A stretch of 64,000 bases of DNA from assembly GCA_976551045.1 (NCBI GenBank), contig CDPCPM010000233.1, positions 7,006,001-7,070,000 on the forward strand, given 5' to 3'. Position numbers and translations under genes: made by a program. Positions 12,602 to 24,764 of this stretch are shown here, in pieces. Positions within the stretch are counted from its first letter, which is position 1, and each line of letters starts with the position of its first letter. Source of the DNA: Glaucostegus cemiculus (Eukaryota). The notes beneath the pieces were generated by a model. The model was given only the letters and a program-made list of their open reading frames with translations, made no database searches and was not told the origin of the DNA.

Positions 12602-12795
12602 GTGAGCAAAAATACTTCAAACGATGAAGTATTTCTTTATATCTTGCAAAGAAACATTATTGTTTAGCATAGCAACAAGACAAACTGAAAAGGAAAACTT
12701 GCATTTATATAAAACCATATGAAAGAGGACATGTGACAAAATACCACCTGCTGGCTGTTTCTGGAATAGCAGAGTTTGCAATTACAGAATATAAA

Positions 12796-13160
12796 GAATA
12801 AGTTCATGAATAAGTCCCCTTCGAGCCTGCTCCACCATTCAATAAAATCTAGACTGATTCTTAACCCCATTTTGTCAGCTGTTCGCCATATCCCTGATTG
12901 CCTATTAATCTCAGTATTGAATATGCTCAGTGACTTGGCATCCACAACCCTCCAAGGTTGAGGGTTCCAAAGGTTTACAACTCTCTCTATGAAGAAATAT
13001 CTCCATATCTCTAAATGCCCAAATGCTCATTCTGAGATCATGCCCCCTCATTCTGGACTCTGCAGATAAAGGAAATAATCTTTCCTCCTCTACCCAGTCA
13101 ATCTCTCCTAGTATCTTATATGTATTAGTGACATCAGCTCTCATTCTTTGAATTCTGGTA
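12796..13160 (-). mobile_element. CR1 LINE 3' fragment
   Basis: Minus-strand ORF remnant TYKILGEIDWVEEERLFPLSAESRMRGHDL, CR1 3'UTR hairpin and tail. Confidence 0.75.
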
Positions 13161-13499
13161 AGTGTCAGTCGCTGAGTATAGAATAATATGGGAAGAGATC
13201 TATATTTTCTTATCAGGTAAAGAAAACTTTACTATAGTAACAGCTTGATTCAGAGGAAGTCTGGCATTATTAACTCTTTGTATTTGAATGCAACGATACA
13301 TGTGTCTTGCTATTCATCCCCCATAATTAGTACTAAACATGCTACATAGCTGCATAAACACATTTATCTCTTACACTAAAATTCACAACATAGAATAATG
13401 TTTTGGAATCAAAATAGAATATTCTACCTTAACTATATAAAGGCCAATAATTTGGTCCAAGTTTAAATATATTGTGATCTTTTATTCTATTTCCTAAAG

Positions 13500-13545
13500 A
13501 AAAAGTGGCTGACCCAATGGATTTTCGGAAGATGCTGAAGAAACG
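13500..13545 (+). CDS. IGFN1: IGFN1 coding exon 6, 46-nt mini-exon (EKVADPMDFRKMLKKR)
   Basis: CTAAAG acceptor, CG|GTAATC donor. It supplies the phase 1 to 2 change needed to join exon 7, and resembles the MyBP-C DFxxLLKKR motif. Confidence 0.88.
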
Positions 13546-14077
13546 GTAATCACTTAGAGAATATACCCTTCATCATTTAATTTTATTTTAAACATATGGT
13601 TAATCTTGTTAGAAGACAAAGTGTGCCACCAATTAGAATTTGCGTAGAGAAAAAAACTTAATAAAGTTTGCAACCTGTACTGGAAGAGTATTAGATATTT
13701 TACAGAGATTTCAAGATTGTAATTTACCTGTCCAGCCAACATAATGGACTGGAATAGCCAGTCAATGTTTCTGTGGAGAAGCACAGATTAGCTGCTTTGA
13801 GATTTCTGCACCTGAACACTACATGTCAGGGGGGCCTTAACAATTGGGTAATATCTCCTTCAGTTAATTTTCAACCACACAACACAGATTTCTTTGCAAT
13901 GCTATGATGGAATGTCTAGGTCTAATCATTAAATGTGCACTTTTTGTGGATATCTGATAGTATAGGCATTGGTATTGATGTCTCACTGAATTAAATGCAT
14001 GCATTTTATGATCTTTCACTGTGACGTATATATAATTAAATCATTGAATAATTTCATCTTACATTGACATTTTGCAG

Positions 14078-14255
14078 TGCCCTGCCTGAAAAGAAACGAG
14101 ATAATGCTGTGGATGAAAAGGTCTGGGAAATTCTCATGAATGCTGACAAGAAAGATTATGAAAGGATCTGTATGCAATATGGCATCACTGACTTTCGTGG
14201 CATGTTGACAAAGCTGAAGCAGATGAAAATTGAAAGAGAAGAAAAGCAAGCAGCG
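14078..14255 (+). CDS. IGFN1: IGFN1 coding exon 7, MyBP-C-type tri-helix bundle (VWEILMNADKKDYERICMQYGITDFRGMLTKL)
   Basis: TTGCAG acceptor, GCG|GTAATG donor; THB signature of the MyBP-C/IGFN1/IGSF22 family. Confidence 0.95.
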
Positions 14256-14594
14256 GTAATGTAACTCATGTTTCTTTTAAAGAGCTGATAACTGTGGCTA
14301 TATCATGGTTTACTTTAAGTAAGATCATATCAGAAAGAGATCTGAAACTAAGCAAAATATGTCATGACAGATTAAATGTAATGATAGGTTAATGTCCTAT
14401 AATAATGGTTACATAAAATGGGAGAATTGGTTGAGAAGCTGGGGTGGATTATGAATCTAAATGTCATGTAAAATGGGTATGCAGATTATGCATATGCTTA
14501 ACCAGTGCCCTTTGCCTCCACTGCCAGTGGCACACTGACTTTGTGCTGGTTGCTAATCTGCATGGTTGATCCATGCAGTGCCATCTGAAATAAT

Positions 14595-15185
14595 ATGTAG
14601 AGTTTTGGTCCATTTATTTAAGAAATAATTTACTGGTATTTGAGGTAGTCCTGAAGATTCTTGATCCTAAACATCAACTGTCCATTTCCCTCCACAGATG
14701 TTGCCTGACCTACTGAGTTCCTCCAGCATTTTGTTTGTAGTCCAGAAGAGGTTCACTTGGCCAATTCCTGGAATGAGAGGGTTGCCCTATCACAAAAAAC
14801 TAAGGAAATTGGAACTGTATTCTTTGGAGTTCAGTAGAAAGAGGGATGAGTTGACTGAAATTGTAAAATCCTTTGAGGGCATGACAGGGTAGATGTTGAG
14901 ATGCTTCCACTTGTAGGATAGTCTCAGACAAAGGAACATAATTACAAGATGAGAGGACTCTCACAGAGGATGGTGAATCTCTGGAATTCTCCACCTCAGA
15001 GGGTTGAGGAGGATAAATCTTTGGAGATGTTAAAAGAAGAGGAAGATAATTTTTTGAATGATCAGGAAATTGCTGACTCTATAGCATTGAAACAAAGAGT
15101 AAATGAGGCCCAAAGAAGATCAGCCATAATCTTAATAAATGACAGGACAGGCTTGAAGGGGAAAGTGGACTATTCCTGTTCCTAC
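14595..15185 (+). mobile_element. Degenerate CR1 3' fragment with a nested 79-bp Penelope pLTR piece (14658-14736)
   Basis: CR1 remnants ..VQKRFTWPIPGMRGLPY..LELYSLEF.. and ..SQRMVNLWNSPPQRV... The insert is flanked by GTAGTCCTGAAGA / GTAGTCCAGAAGA. Confidence 0.75.
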
Positions 15186-16349
15186 AAAAAAACAGAAGGC
15201 TGGAAGAACTTCCAAGCAGCATCTATGGAGGCAAAAGGTATATGTTGACATTTCAGGTCGAGACTCTGTATAAGGACTGAGAAGGAAGAGAAAGGGTCAT
15301 CAAGATATGACAGTTCGAGGGAGAAGTGGGATCAGATGGTAGATGATGGGGGGAATCAGATGGGTAGGGGATGATTGGCAGATGGGACCAGGTAAGGATG
15401 GGGAGGGAGGAACGCAATAGAAAGGGTGATTTGCATATCATATTTTGATGCATTGACAGATTTTCCTGAAGGATTCTACAAAACACTAAATAAGATGTAG
15501 TACTCAAGCACTGTTTTTGAACATGGCTTTACGTGGAGCTTGAATGTCTTCCTTCTCTACATGGGCAAAATTCCATCCGTACAGAATTCATTAGCACACA
15601 TTTGGCCCTAACCATGACACAGGGCCTGACAATGGATATCTCAGCCTTTGCTCCAGTGTCAGAACAAAATATTGAATATTTAGATTCTGCACTGAAGAAT
15701 TACACAACTCAGCTTGTCTTCCTGTAGGCACAGACTGTTCTCACAGAAGTTCAGTTTGTTGCCATGCCAGCTTTGTTCATGGCCATTTATACAAATGAGA
15801 TTGAAGAGTACCACAGCAGTAGAGTAACGTGGCCTCCAGCTGATTGCTAAGATTGTTGAGGCCCACCCAGGGTGTATGCCAGTGACTACATGAAAGACAA
15901 ACCTATAGTCATCCCTCTGAATGGCAACATTTGTACAGTGGCATTACCTATCAGCCAGCTGGTAAAGACTGCTGGCACACACCAGAACTTAGCTTTCTAG
16001 GCCCAGAGCTGCTCATGTTTGACCAAGATCATCTACAATCTCCTCTACTGAAAGTCAATATCCACCTCCCATAAACCTTGCTGGGAGAGCACTGTGAAAT
16101 GGGATGAGGCAAATGAGAAATTCACACCATTGGAAGACACAGAGATGATTAGTTCCCCTTTGTAAGTGAGATGTGATACATGAATTTGGTCTATTATGCC
16201 CATTTTGTTTTGCTTTTGTTTGTACGTTGCTAATCAAGTAGACAATTTGATTGTCTTTGTCACAGGGACCAAATTGAGGATTGCTGTGGAATGTGGAAAT
16301 GAGATTGCATTAACTTGTGTTACAATTGGATGGGTCAGTCACAGGAAAG

Positions 16350-17200
16350 GAACATCTTGGTTATGTCCACACTTCAGCTCTCTTTCCGATTCCTGTGTAC
16401 CACAGCATATCAACTCATTTCTTGCAGTACCCATCACCAAAGGTGATAAGGTTCCTCCAGACAGGAGAGCAATTTTGTCAGCATGCTATTGGTTTATTCC
16501 ATGCATTTTGTGTAGCAGCATTGTTTTTGTTAGATGCACACTGATTTTGTGCACATGGACTGCATAGTGGAGCCATGACTTAGCAAGATGAAGCATTTGT
16601 CAGCTAATAGCTACCCTTCTGTTTGTTGTGGCTGCTCAAATGCAAATGACATGACAGACTGTCATAGAATGAAGGCATCATATCTCCTGCCAGATATATC
16701 AGCACACTGTGACACCTAGGGTTACTCAAGCTTGATGTAAAGGACATGGAATCTCTTTTGCTTGCAGTACCTCTCAGCATTGATGCACATTACCAAAGGC
16801 AATTTCTGCTCAATCATTGGCATCCTGCACCATTAAGGAGCTACATACTTGGAGGAGCCACATTTCTGCTGCTCTCTGGCAAGAGGGAATAAAATGTAAG
16901 CAGCCCTCCGAATTGGTGTCCTTCTGTGGAAAGTAATCTGAGGAGTGTTGCAAATGGAAGCAGCCCAGTGCACACATTTTTAATGGCCATGGTGACCTCG
17001 ACAGCCCCATGACGACCTCGACAGCCCCATGGCAGCACAGTCTTCACCCTGCTCTAAGACTACAGTTGCACCAGGAAAGTCCAGCAAAGATGATCTCACT
17101 GAGGTGCAGGCCTCTCAAAGACCTAGAGTCACTGAAGTTTACATAGAATTGCTCTGTGAACTCTCAAGCTGGACATGGCCAGAGTACTTCTGTCTCTTTT
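16350..17200 (-). mobile_element. Fossil PIF/Harbinger DDE transposase (frameshifted, with stops)
   Basis: Minus-strand fragments appear in the expected order: AVEVTMAIKNVCTG (~AVKVTVALNFFASG), VQDAND*AEIAF (~VQGAIDCTHVAL), KQKRFHVLYIKL (~NRKGFHSLNVQL), GRRYDAFIL*QS (~GSSHDAFILRQS), G*LLADK (~GWLLGDK), NNAATQN..E*TNSML (~HAATRNxIEQTIGML), SGGTL...ICC. Consensus recalled from memory. Confidence 0.7.
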
Positions 17201-18828
17201 ATAAATTCTCTACTACCACCTCTTTATTCTTCAACTTAGTTGAGATTGGTACAATAAACCCGTATCTCGGAGTGACTAGTTTGTTCAGAAACCTACAGCA
17301 CCTAATATCCCCTGCCTTCCCAATTTCCTTCACATTAAAAAGCTCTAATACGCATCAGGAATCATCACAACAGCCAGTGGGAGTCAGTCATCAAAGATAG
17401 TTTACAATGATCCTCCCTGTTACTGACTGGACATACAACTTCACACTCATTTGAGGCTACATTAATAGAAATCATAATCTGCTTTCTTTGCATATTGCCA
17501 GCATTAGCTGTAGTTGCAGAAGTGCCCTTCTCAGAATTACTGTTCACAGTGGAAATGTGGCTGTGAGACCTGAAACCACCTTGTTATCCCTCATGTCAAA
17601 AATTGCACATAGCAGAACCAAATTTTGTGGTACATGATTCCACAAAATTGATGTGACAATGAAAACTTTTATTTCCCAATAATATTTTCAGCTTTTTTGG
17701 TCAAAAGGGATCAATTGGCCGGCAGTCACTGTGATGCATCTGGAATCCTGTACTGACAAACAGGGGACTGGGTGCAAATCATTACATAAACTGTCAGTAA
17801 ATTGGCTCACATTTCACTCATGTGCTTGACTTGAACCATAAGTGGTAGAGTATTGACTTTCACAGCCTGTAATAGAGTTTAAACCATCTAGTGTATATAT
17901 AGTGATATTGTATTTGCACAGACCATCATTTTCCATTCATTGAAACAAATTAAATCGAAGACTGTGAGTTGCATATAAGATTTTCAAATACCTACTACCC
18001 AGCAGGGAAATGTGCTGAAAAGCATAGGAGGAAAATGTATTTCCTCCAGTTTAAAACATGTGATGACTGGTTTATGTCCCAGGGCACTGGTCATGCCAAA
18101 GTTACCAAAGTACATTATACTTGTTATTGAAACATAAACTTATTTCACATGGAGGCATAATAACCAGTACTTTACCATGATAACTAGAAATTCTGTACTG
18201 ATCTCTTTCATTCTAATGTCTTTTCAGATTATTATTTCATTAAAGACCTTATCATTGGGAAAATTATAATTATTGGGAGAAATTATTGGGAAAGTGCAAC
18301 TTCACAGGAATATCAAGCTATTTCAATCCATTCAGTTATTGGGAGACAGTAACCAAAGACATATAATCAGAGAATTGCCACAAAAGAGTTGTAGATGGAG
18401 AAGACCACTGGTTTGTCAATACTCATTCAACCATCATAAAACTTTATGATAGAATTTGTCCCTCCACCGTGCATTGATCATCATTTTGCTGAAGAAGCAA
18501 TTCAACACAATCTTTGAGTTATGTTTTTGAATATTTGACCAAGATCCTAATCTCACAGATTTTCTTCATTTGACTTTTTCCACAAGATACACAACTTTGT
18601 ATCCTGTTCTAGGGTCATCTCCAGAAATGTAAATGTTATAGGTTGAAGTATAAAAATGTCTGAAACCACTGGAAACGGACAACCTACCGAAGACTTAACC
18701 TTAGAGCTAGCTGCACCTAAAATTATTCTAGTGCACCTATAGCATTGCCTTTCACTCAACAAAGATAAGAATTACCCATCTGAATGATATCCACAAAAAG
18801 TAGGTCAAATCCAATCCAGCCAGTTCCT

Positions 18829-19252
18829 GTTGAAGGAACTCAGAAGATTAAGCAGAATCTGTGGAGGCAATGGGGCAAAGGGATAGTTGATGTTTTGGGT
18901 CAAGACCCTGCATCTGGCCACTGTCTCCCAGCCCATCACAGATCTCATCACATCAGGAGATCTTCCCTCCACAGCCTCCAACCTGATAATGCCCCAATCC
19001 CGCACTTCCTGCTTCCATCTCTTATCCAAGATTCACATACAGGACTGTCCTGGTAGAGTCATTTGTTTCTGCCTGCTCTTGCCCCACTGAACCTATGTCC
19101 TCATGCTTCAACTCTATCCTGTCTCCTCTTGTCCAGTCCCTTCACAGTTATATCTAGGAATGCCTCAACAGATGCTGCTCGATCTGCTGAGTTCCTACAG
19201 CAGTTTGTTTCTTGCTCCAGATTCCAGCATTCACAGTCTCTCATGTGTCTCC
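18829..19252 (+). mobile_element. Penelope-like element fragment: RT piece between inverted pLTR arms
   Basis: 18918-19145 translates ITDLITSGDLPSTASNLIMPQSRTSCFHLLSKIHIQDCPGRVI (Penelope RT FYLLPKIHK..PGRPI motif). Flanks 18829-18917 and 19163-19252 are inverted copies of the pLTR. Confidence 0.75.
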
Positions 19253-19369
19253 ATCTAATGGAGGAGTCTATTCTCAATCATCAGTCATATGATTTAAATG
19301 CCGTTGAACAGTGGTATTTACTCAGTAATAATCTGCTAGTCAATGATCAGTCTGGATTTCCTAGAGAAT

Positions 19370-20445
19370 AACTTGACTCTAGACCTCACTACAACCTTGT
19401 TCCAAGTATGGAGAAAAGCCACTCATTTACCCAAGTGACATCAAAGAGCCCTTGTAAAATTGCAGACATCAGGAAATAAGAGGAAAACTCTCCACGATCT
19501 TGCACAAATAAAGATGACTGTAAATGTTGCAGGCCAAGTAGCCCACTTATAGGGATTCCTCAGGGAAATGTACAAAGTTTAACTATTTCCAGCTACTTCA
19601 TCAATGATCTTCCCTTTATCAGAGGCCAAAGGTGGGAATGTTTGATGTCATTTGCAATATCTCAGATAATGGCTTCTAGCTGCAGGCTGCAAGAGTGGAT
19701 GCCATTCAGGCCTGAACTGATGTGGCAAGTAACAGCTGCACCACACAAGCACCAGCCAATGACCACCTTTAACAAGTGAATGACTAATCAATTGCTCTAA
19801 CATTCAGAGGAATCACTGTCTCCAGATCCCCACTATCAACAGCTTGAGGAATATCACTGACCAGAAACTTAACTGAATTTGCCAGATAAATACTGTGACT
19901 AGAAGCGCAGATTAGAAGCTTGTTTTTTGCAGTGAGTGATTCATTCCCCAATTCTTCAAAGTCTTTCCTCCATCCACAACACATTCCAGCAATGTGATGG
20001 AATACTCTCCTGGATGAGTGCAACATCAATGGCACTCAATGTATTTAACACCATACAGGACAAACCAGCCAATTTGATTGCATCCTATCCACCAAGCTGA
20101 ACATTCATTCTCAGTACATTCAGGGTATTGCAGCGGAAACATGTAACATATGTAATGGCACTACAACAACTCAATATATGCCAAATACCTTATTAGAAGG
20201 ATGTAGCAATAAGGATATAGAAAGCTAATTGCAAGCTTCCTTCCAAGTCACATAAGTCACACATCATTCTGAAATATTTTGCCATTCATTTCTACTTGCC
20301 TACTGTTCAAAATCCAGGAATTCCCTGGAGGACGTTCATAATGAGGATTGCAGCTGATCAAGAAGGTGACTCACTATTCCTTTTTTGAGGGTCTGTAGAT
20401 ATGGGAATTAAATGCTATTCTTTTCTGTAACATTCACTTCCCCTA
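19370..20445 (+). mobile_element. Old, decayed CR1/L2-clade LINE 3' half (Deu-SINE partner type tail)
   Basis: RT-like remnants (GGGATTCCTCAGGGA..., CTTCATCAATGATCTTCCC) and 3' end CAGCTGATCAAGAAGGTGACTCAC...GGAATTAAATGCT. Confidence 0.6.
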
Positions 20446-20863
20446 AACAAAAAACACTTACAAACTTGCTGAATCCAAGTTTCATTCTTTGCTTATCAAT
20501 CATATCTCCTGGTCAATAAATTATTGCCATGTAAAACTTGAGGTTGAAGTATTATCATTGATTCTTAGCAGCCAGAATGGAGCGCTCATGCTGGGATCTG
20601 ATCAGAACAATGTGATCATTAACTTCTCTGACCTGTATTGACAGTTAATCTTTAAATTGCTCTGAAATAGTTAGATAGCATTTCACAAAGAATACAAATT
20701 CAATTTGCTATAACAGGGAGTTTTGGATATTCCTTCCTTCACCAATTCACTTATTGAAAATAACTGTATCTTTCAAATGCTGATATTTAACAGCTTTACT
20801 GAATGTACTTCTGATCAGCGCAACCTCTAACTTAATTTTCTTGTTCCTGTGTTTTACTTCTAG

Positions 20864-20977
20864 TACTTGAAATATATTGGCAATTTGAAACATGTTGAAA
20901 CAAAGACAGATGGTTCAGCTAACTTCGGATTTGATATGGAACTCAAGAATCCAGATCTGAATATTTTCCTATATAAG
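20864..20977 (+). CDS. IGFN1: IGFN1 coding exon 8 (YLKYIGNLKHVETKTDGSANFGFDMELKNPDLNIFLYK)
   Basis: Pyrimidine tract plus CTAG acceptor, AAG|GTGACT donor, phase 0-0; first half of an Ig domain. Confidence 0.92.
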
Positions 20978-21330
20978 GTGACTATGAGTTGTTGTTTGAT
21001 AAAAATTTTAACAGTAAAATATAACATATTAGATATGGGCAAGAGCATTCAATCTGAATTTACCCAAGGCACCAAACTCATTATTTTCCATCTAAAAGTT
21101 ACTTTCTCAGATATCACCTTACCATATAATACTTTATCTTCAATAATTTAGTTACAGTAATGCAATATGTTCTCCCTATGATCATTTGTCCAGCTTTCTT
21201 CCTTTCTTTCAATCTTCCAGATGCAAGGTTTAGATTAAAATGTGCCTTTTCACATTTTTGTGAATGTAATAGGTGGGGTTCATCTGGATCAGATGCCTAT
21301 CACTTTTCTCCTTACTAATTCATATTAGTA

Positions 21331-23757
21331 TGGGATGGGAATGGGAATGAGTTTGTTAAGTGTGTCCAGGATGGATTTCTAGAGCAGTATGTTGACAAAC
21401 CGACTAGAGGGAATGCTGTGTTGGATCTGGTCTTAGGAAATGAACCGGGACAGGTGAGAGATCTACTAGTGGGTGAGCCTCTGGGAGACAGTGATCATTC
21501 CTCGATAAGCTTTAGAATTGTCATGGACAGGCATAAGTGCAGGGAGCGTAGGAAGATATTCAATTGGGGTAGGGCAGACTATGAGGCTATAAGGAAAGAG
21601 CTTGGGAGTGTAAATTGGGAAGTCCTTTTTGAGGGGATGTGTACTGTAGAGATGTGGACGTTGTTCAGGGATGTTTTACAGGATGTTGGGGACAGATATG
21701 TTCCGGCAAGACGGAGGAAGAATGGAATAGTGAAGGAACCGTGGGTGACAAGAGAGGTAGAAAGACTGGTTAGGAGGAAGAAGGAGGCTTACGTAAGGTG
21801 TAAGTGGCAAGGCTCTGATGTGGCCCGTGAGGAGTATAGTATAGTGAGAAGGGAACTTAAGAAAGAGCTGATGAGAGCTAGAAGGGGACATGAAAAGATG
21901 TTGGCTCGTAGGGTTAAGGAAAATCCCAAGGCTTTTTTCTCTTATGTGAAGGGCAAAAGGATGACTAGGGTAAAGGTAGGGCCTATTAAGGACAAAGGTG
22001 GGAGGATGAGCCTGGAGGCGGCAGAGGTAGGGGAGGTACTTAATGAATACTTCTCCTCTGTATTCACCAAGGAGAGGGGCCTTGATGATGTGACAGTGAG
22101 TGCTGACAAGGGTAATATTCTTGAGTATGTAGCTATAGAGAGGGAGGAGGTGATGAAATTGTTAAGTAGTATCAAGACTGATAAGTCTCCGGGGCCCGAT
22201 GGAATATTCCCCAGGCTGCTTCGGGAGGCGAGGGAGGAGATTCTTGATCCGCTGGTGAGGATCTTTGAGTCCTCGTTGTCCACGGGGATGGTGCCGGAGG
22301 ATTGGCGGGTAGCGGATGTTGTTCCCTTGTTTAAGAAGGGCAGTAGAGATAGTCCGGGAAATTACAGACCGGTGAGCCTCACGTCTGTGGTAGGTAAGCT
22401 GTTGGAAAGAATTTTGAGGGACAGGATCTATGAGCACTTGGAGAGTCATGGACTGATTAGGGACAGTCAGCATGGCTTTGTGAAGGGAAGATCTTGCCTC
22501 ACGAGCCTGATAGAGTTCTTTGAGGAGGTGACGAGGAAGCTTGATGAGGGCAGGGCGGTGGATGTAGTGTATATGGATTTTAGTAAGGCGTTCGATAAGG
22601 TTCCTCATGGCAGGCTTCTTCAGAAGGTCAGAGGTCGAGGTATCCAGGGGAGGTTGGCTGTGTGGATAAGAAATTGGCTTTCCTGTAGAAGGCAGAGGGT
22701 TATGGTGGAGGGAGTGCCCTCGGATTGGAGGGCTGTGACTAGTGGAGTCCCGCAGGGATCGGTTCTGGGGCCTCTACTCTTTGTTATATTCATAGATGAT
22801 TTGGATGAAGGAGTGGAGGGATGGGTTGGTAAGTTTGCAGATGACACCAAGATCGGTGGTGTGGTAGATAGTGTGGAGGACTGTAGGAGCTTACAGGGGG
22901 ATATTGATAGGATGCAGAAATGGGCTGACAGGTGGCAGATGGAGTTTAATCCGGAGAAGTGTGAGGTGGTGCACTTTGGGAGGACAAACTCCAGGACAGA
23001 GTATAAGGTAAATGGTAAGGTTCTTGGCAGTGTAGAGGAGCAGAGGGATCTGGGGGTTCATATCCACAGTTCGCTCAAAGTTGCCTCGCAGGTGGATAGG
23101 GCTGTTAAGAAGGCTTATGGGATGTTGGCTTTTATAAATAAAGGGATTGAGTTCAAGAGCAGAGAGGTGATGATGCTGCTTTACAAAACTCTAGTTAGGC
23201 CGCACTTGGAATATTGTGTTCAGTTTTGGTCGCCGCATTATAGGAAGGATGTGGAGGCGTTGGAGAGGGTGCAGAGGCATTTTACCAGGATGATGCCTGG
23301 ATTGGGGGGTATGGAATATAAAGAGAGGCTTAAGGTGCTAGGGCTCTACTCATTAGAGAGGAGGAGGATGAGAGGGGACTTGATAGAGGTGTTTAAGATA
23401 TTAAGAGGAATAGATAGAGTTAATAGTCAGCGCCTCTTTCCCAGAGCGCAGATGCTCAAGACGAGAGGGCATGCCTTTAAGATAATTGGTGGAAAGTATA
23501 GGGGAGATGTCAGAGGGAAGTTTTTCACCCAGAGAGTGGTTGGTGCATGGAATGCACTGCCTGGGGTGGTAGTGGAGGCAGATACATTGGACAGGTTTAA
23601 GAGATTGTTAGATAAGCACATGGAAGAATGTGGAATAGTAGGATATGAGGGTGGAAAGAGTTAGTTTGGGAGATGTTTGTAGGATGGCACAGCTTGATGG
23701 GCCGAAGGGCCTGTTCTGTGCTGTATTGTTCTATTGTTCTATTGTTCTATTGTTCTA
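21331..23757 (+). mobile_element. Young 5'-truncated CR1 LINE: C-terminal part of endonuclease, complete RT, 3'UTR and (TATTGTTC)4 tail
   Basis: Frame uninterrupted from 21331 to the stop at 23662-64. Motifs PTRGNAVLDL, GDSDH, YRPVSLTS, DFSKAFDKV, QGSVLGPLLF and FADD. 3'UTR hairpin GGCCGAAGGGCC; 8-bp microsatellite tail at 23724-23755. Confidence 0.97.
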
Positions 23758-23877
23758 TATTAAGTGTTAGAATTTGGTTGGGTTAAACGCTGTAAAAGTA
23801 AATTTACATCTAAAAGAGTAAATATTCTTAACTTCTTCATTCCATTTGGATTCTGTTTGGTTTGTAATTTGTTAAAG

Positions 23878-24046
23878 GATGAAGAAATGATCCCATATTC
23901 AATGAGTGAGGATGGAAAGCATCACCTTAAAAAGGTTGGCAAAAGGTATAACTTCTGTATCAAGGATCTTCAGCCAGATGATATTGGAATGTACAAGATA
24001 AATGTTGAAGATGCAGATGTTTTTGCAACAGAGGTTGATATCAGTC
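23878..24046 (+). CDS. IGFN1: IGFN1 coding exon 9 (DEEMIPY...DDIGMYKINVEDADVFATEVDIS)
   Basis: TAAAG acceptor, C|GTAAGT donor, Ig DxGxY motif, phase 0 to 1. Confidence 0.92.
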
Positions 24047-24150
24047 GTAAGTGCTGTTTCTGCCTATCACAGAATTAACGCCTGCACAATCTGATAATAT
24101 GCCTTCATTATAATTTTAATAGCAATGTTCATTCTTTTTTGTAATTGCAG

Positions 24151-24420
24151 ATATTCCTGTTACTTTCAAACAGCCATTGCAAGAATGTAAATGTGCTGAA
24201 ACAGAAGATGCTGTCTTTAAATGCACCATTTCAGTACCCATACCTGTAGAGTGGCTATACAAAAAGATGACACTGGAAGATAGTGATAAGTATCAGATTA
24301 TGGTCTCACCAGATGGTTTAACACATTGTCTGATTGTAAAGGATGTACGTCCTGTAGACAAAGGAGTGTATACCATTATAGCAGGAGCTGGATCCTCAAG
24401 TGCATACCTAACAGTGGGAA
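24151..24420 (+). CDS. IGFN1: IGFN1 coding exon 10, Ig domain (HIPVTFKQPLQE...DKGVYT...AYLTVG)
   Basis: TTGCAG acceptor, A|GTAAGT donor, 270 nt, phase 1-1. Confidence 0.94.
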
Positions 24421-24764
24421 GTAAGTCTAACCTGTTATAAGGACATACCACTTTTGTAAAATCTGACTTCATTTGCATCTTTCATGAGTATACCTTCAGA
24501 AACAACGCACCTAAGTATTACAAGTGTGAACATTGGAATTAAGAGTTAAAAAGCAACAAAGTCATATTGCAATTCTGTTGTAATGATCTGTAAGAGAGCC
24601 ACTTTACTAGACCAGGACTCATACTTCAAATATACCAAGTTGATGTTAACTCTCTCTGTCAGTCAGGGAACATGGGAAGCATGTGGTGATGTTACTGTTT
24701 TCCAGAGTGGGCAGGCATTAGTGACAGATGTGCTCATTTGTTTAAGATATCAAGATCATAAGAA

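Noticed and set aside
21418-23664. 748-aa RT ORF as a domesticated host gene or autonomous element
   Set aside because: Begins mid-endonuclease with no ATG or promoter and ends in a typical CR1 3'UTR and tail: an ordinary 5'-truncated insertion. The overlapping minus ORFs are shadows.
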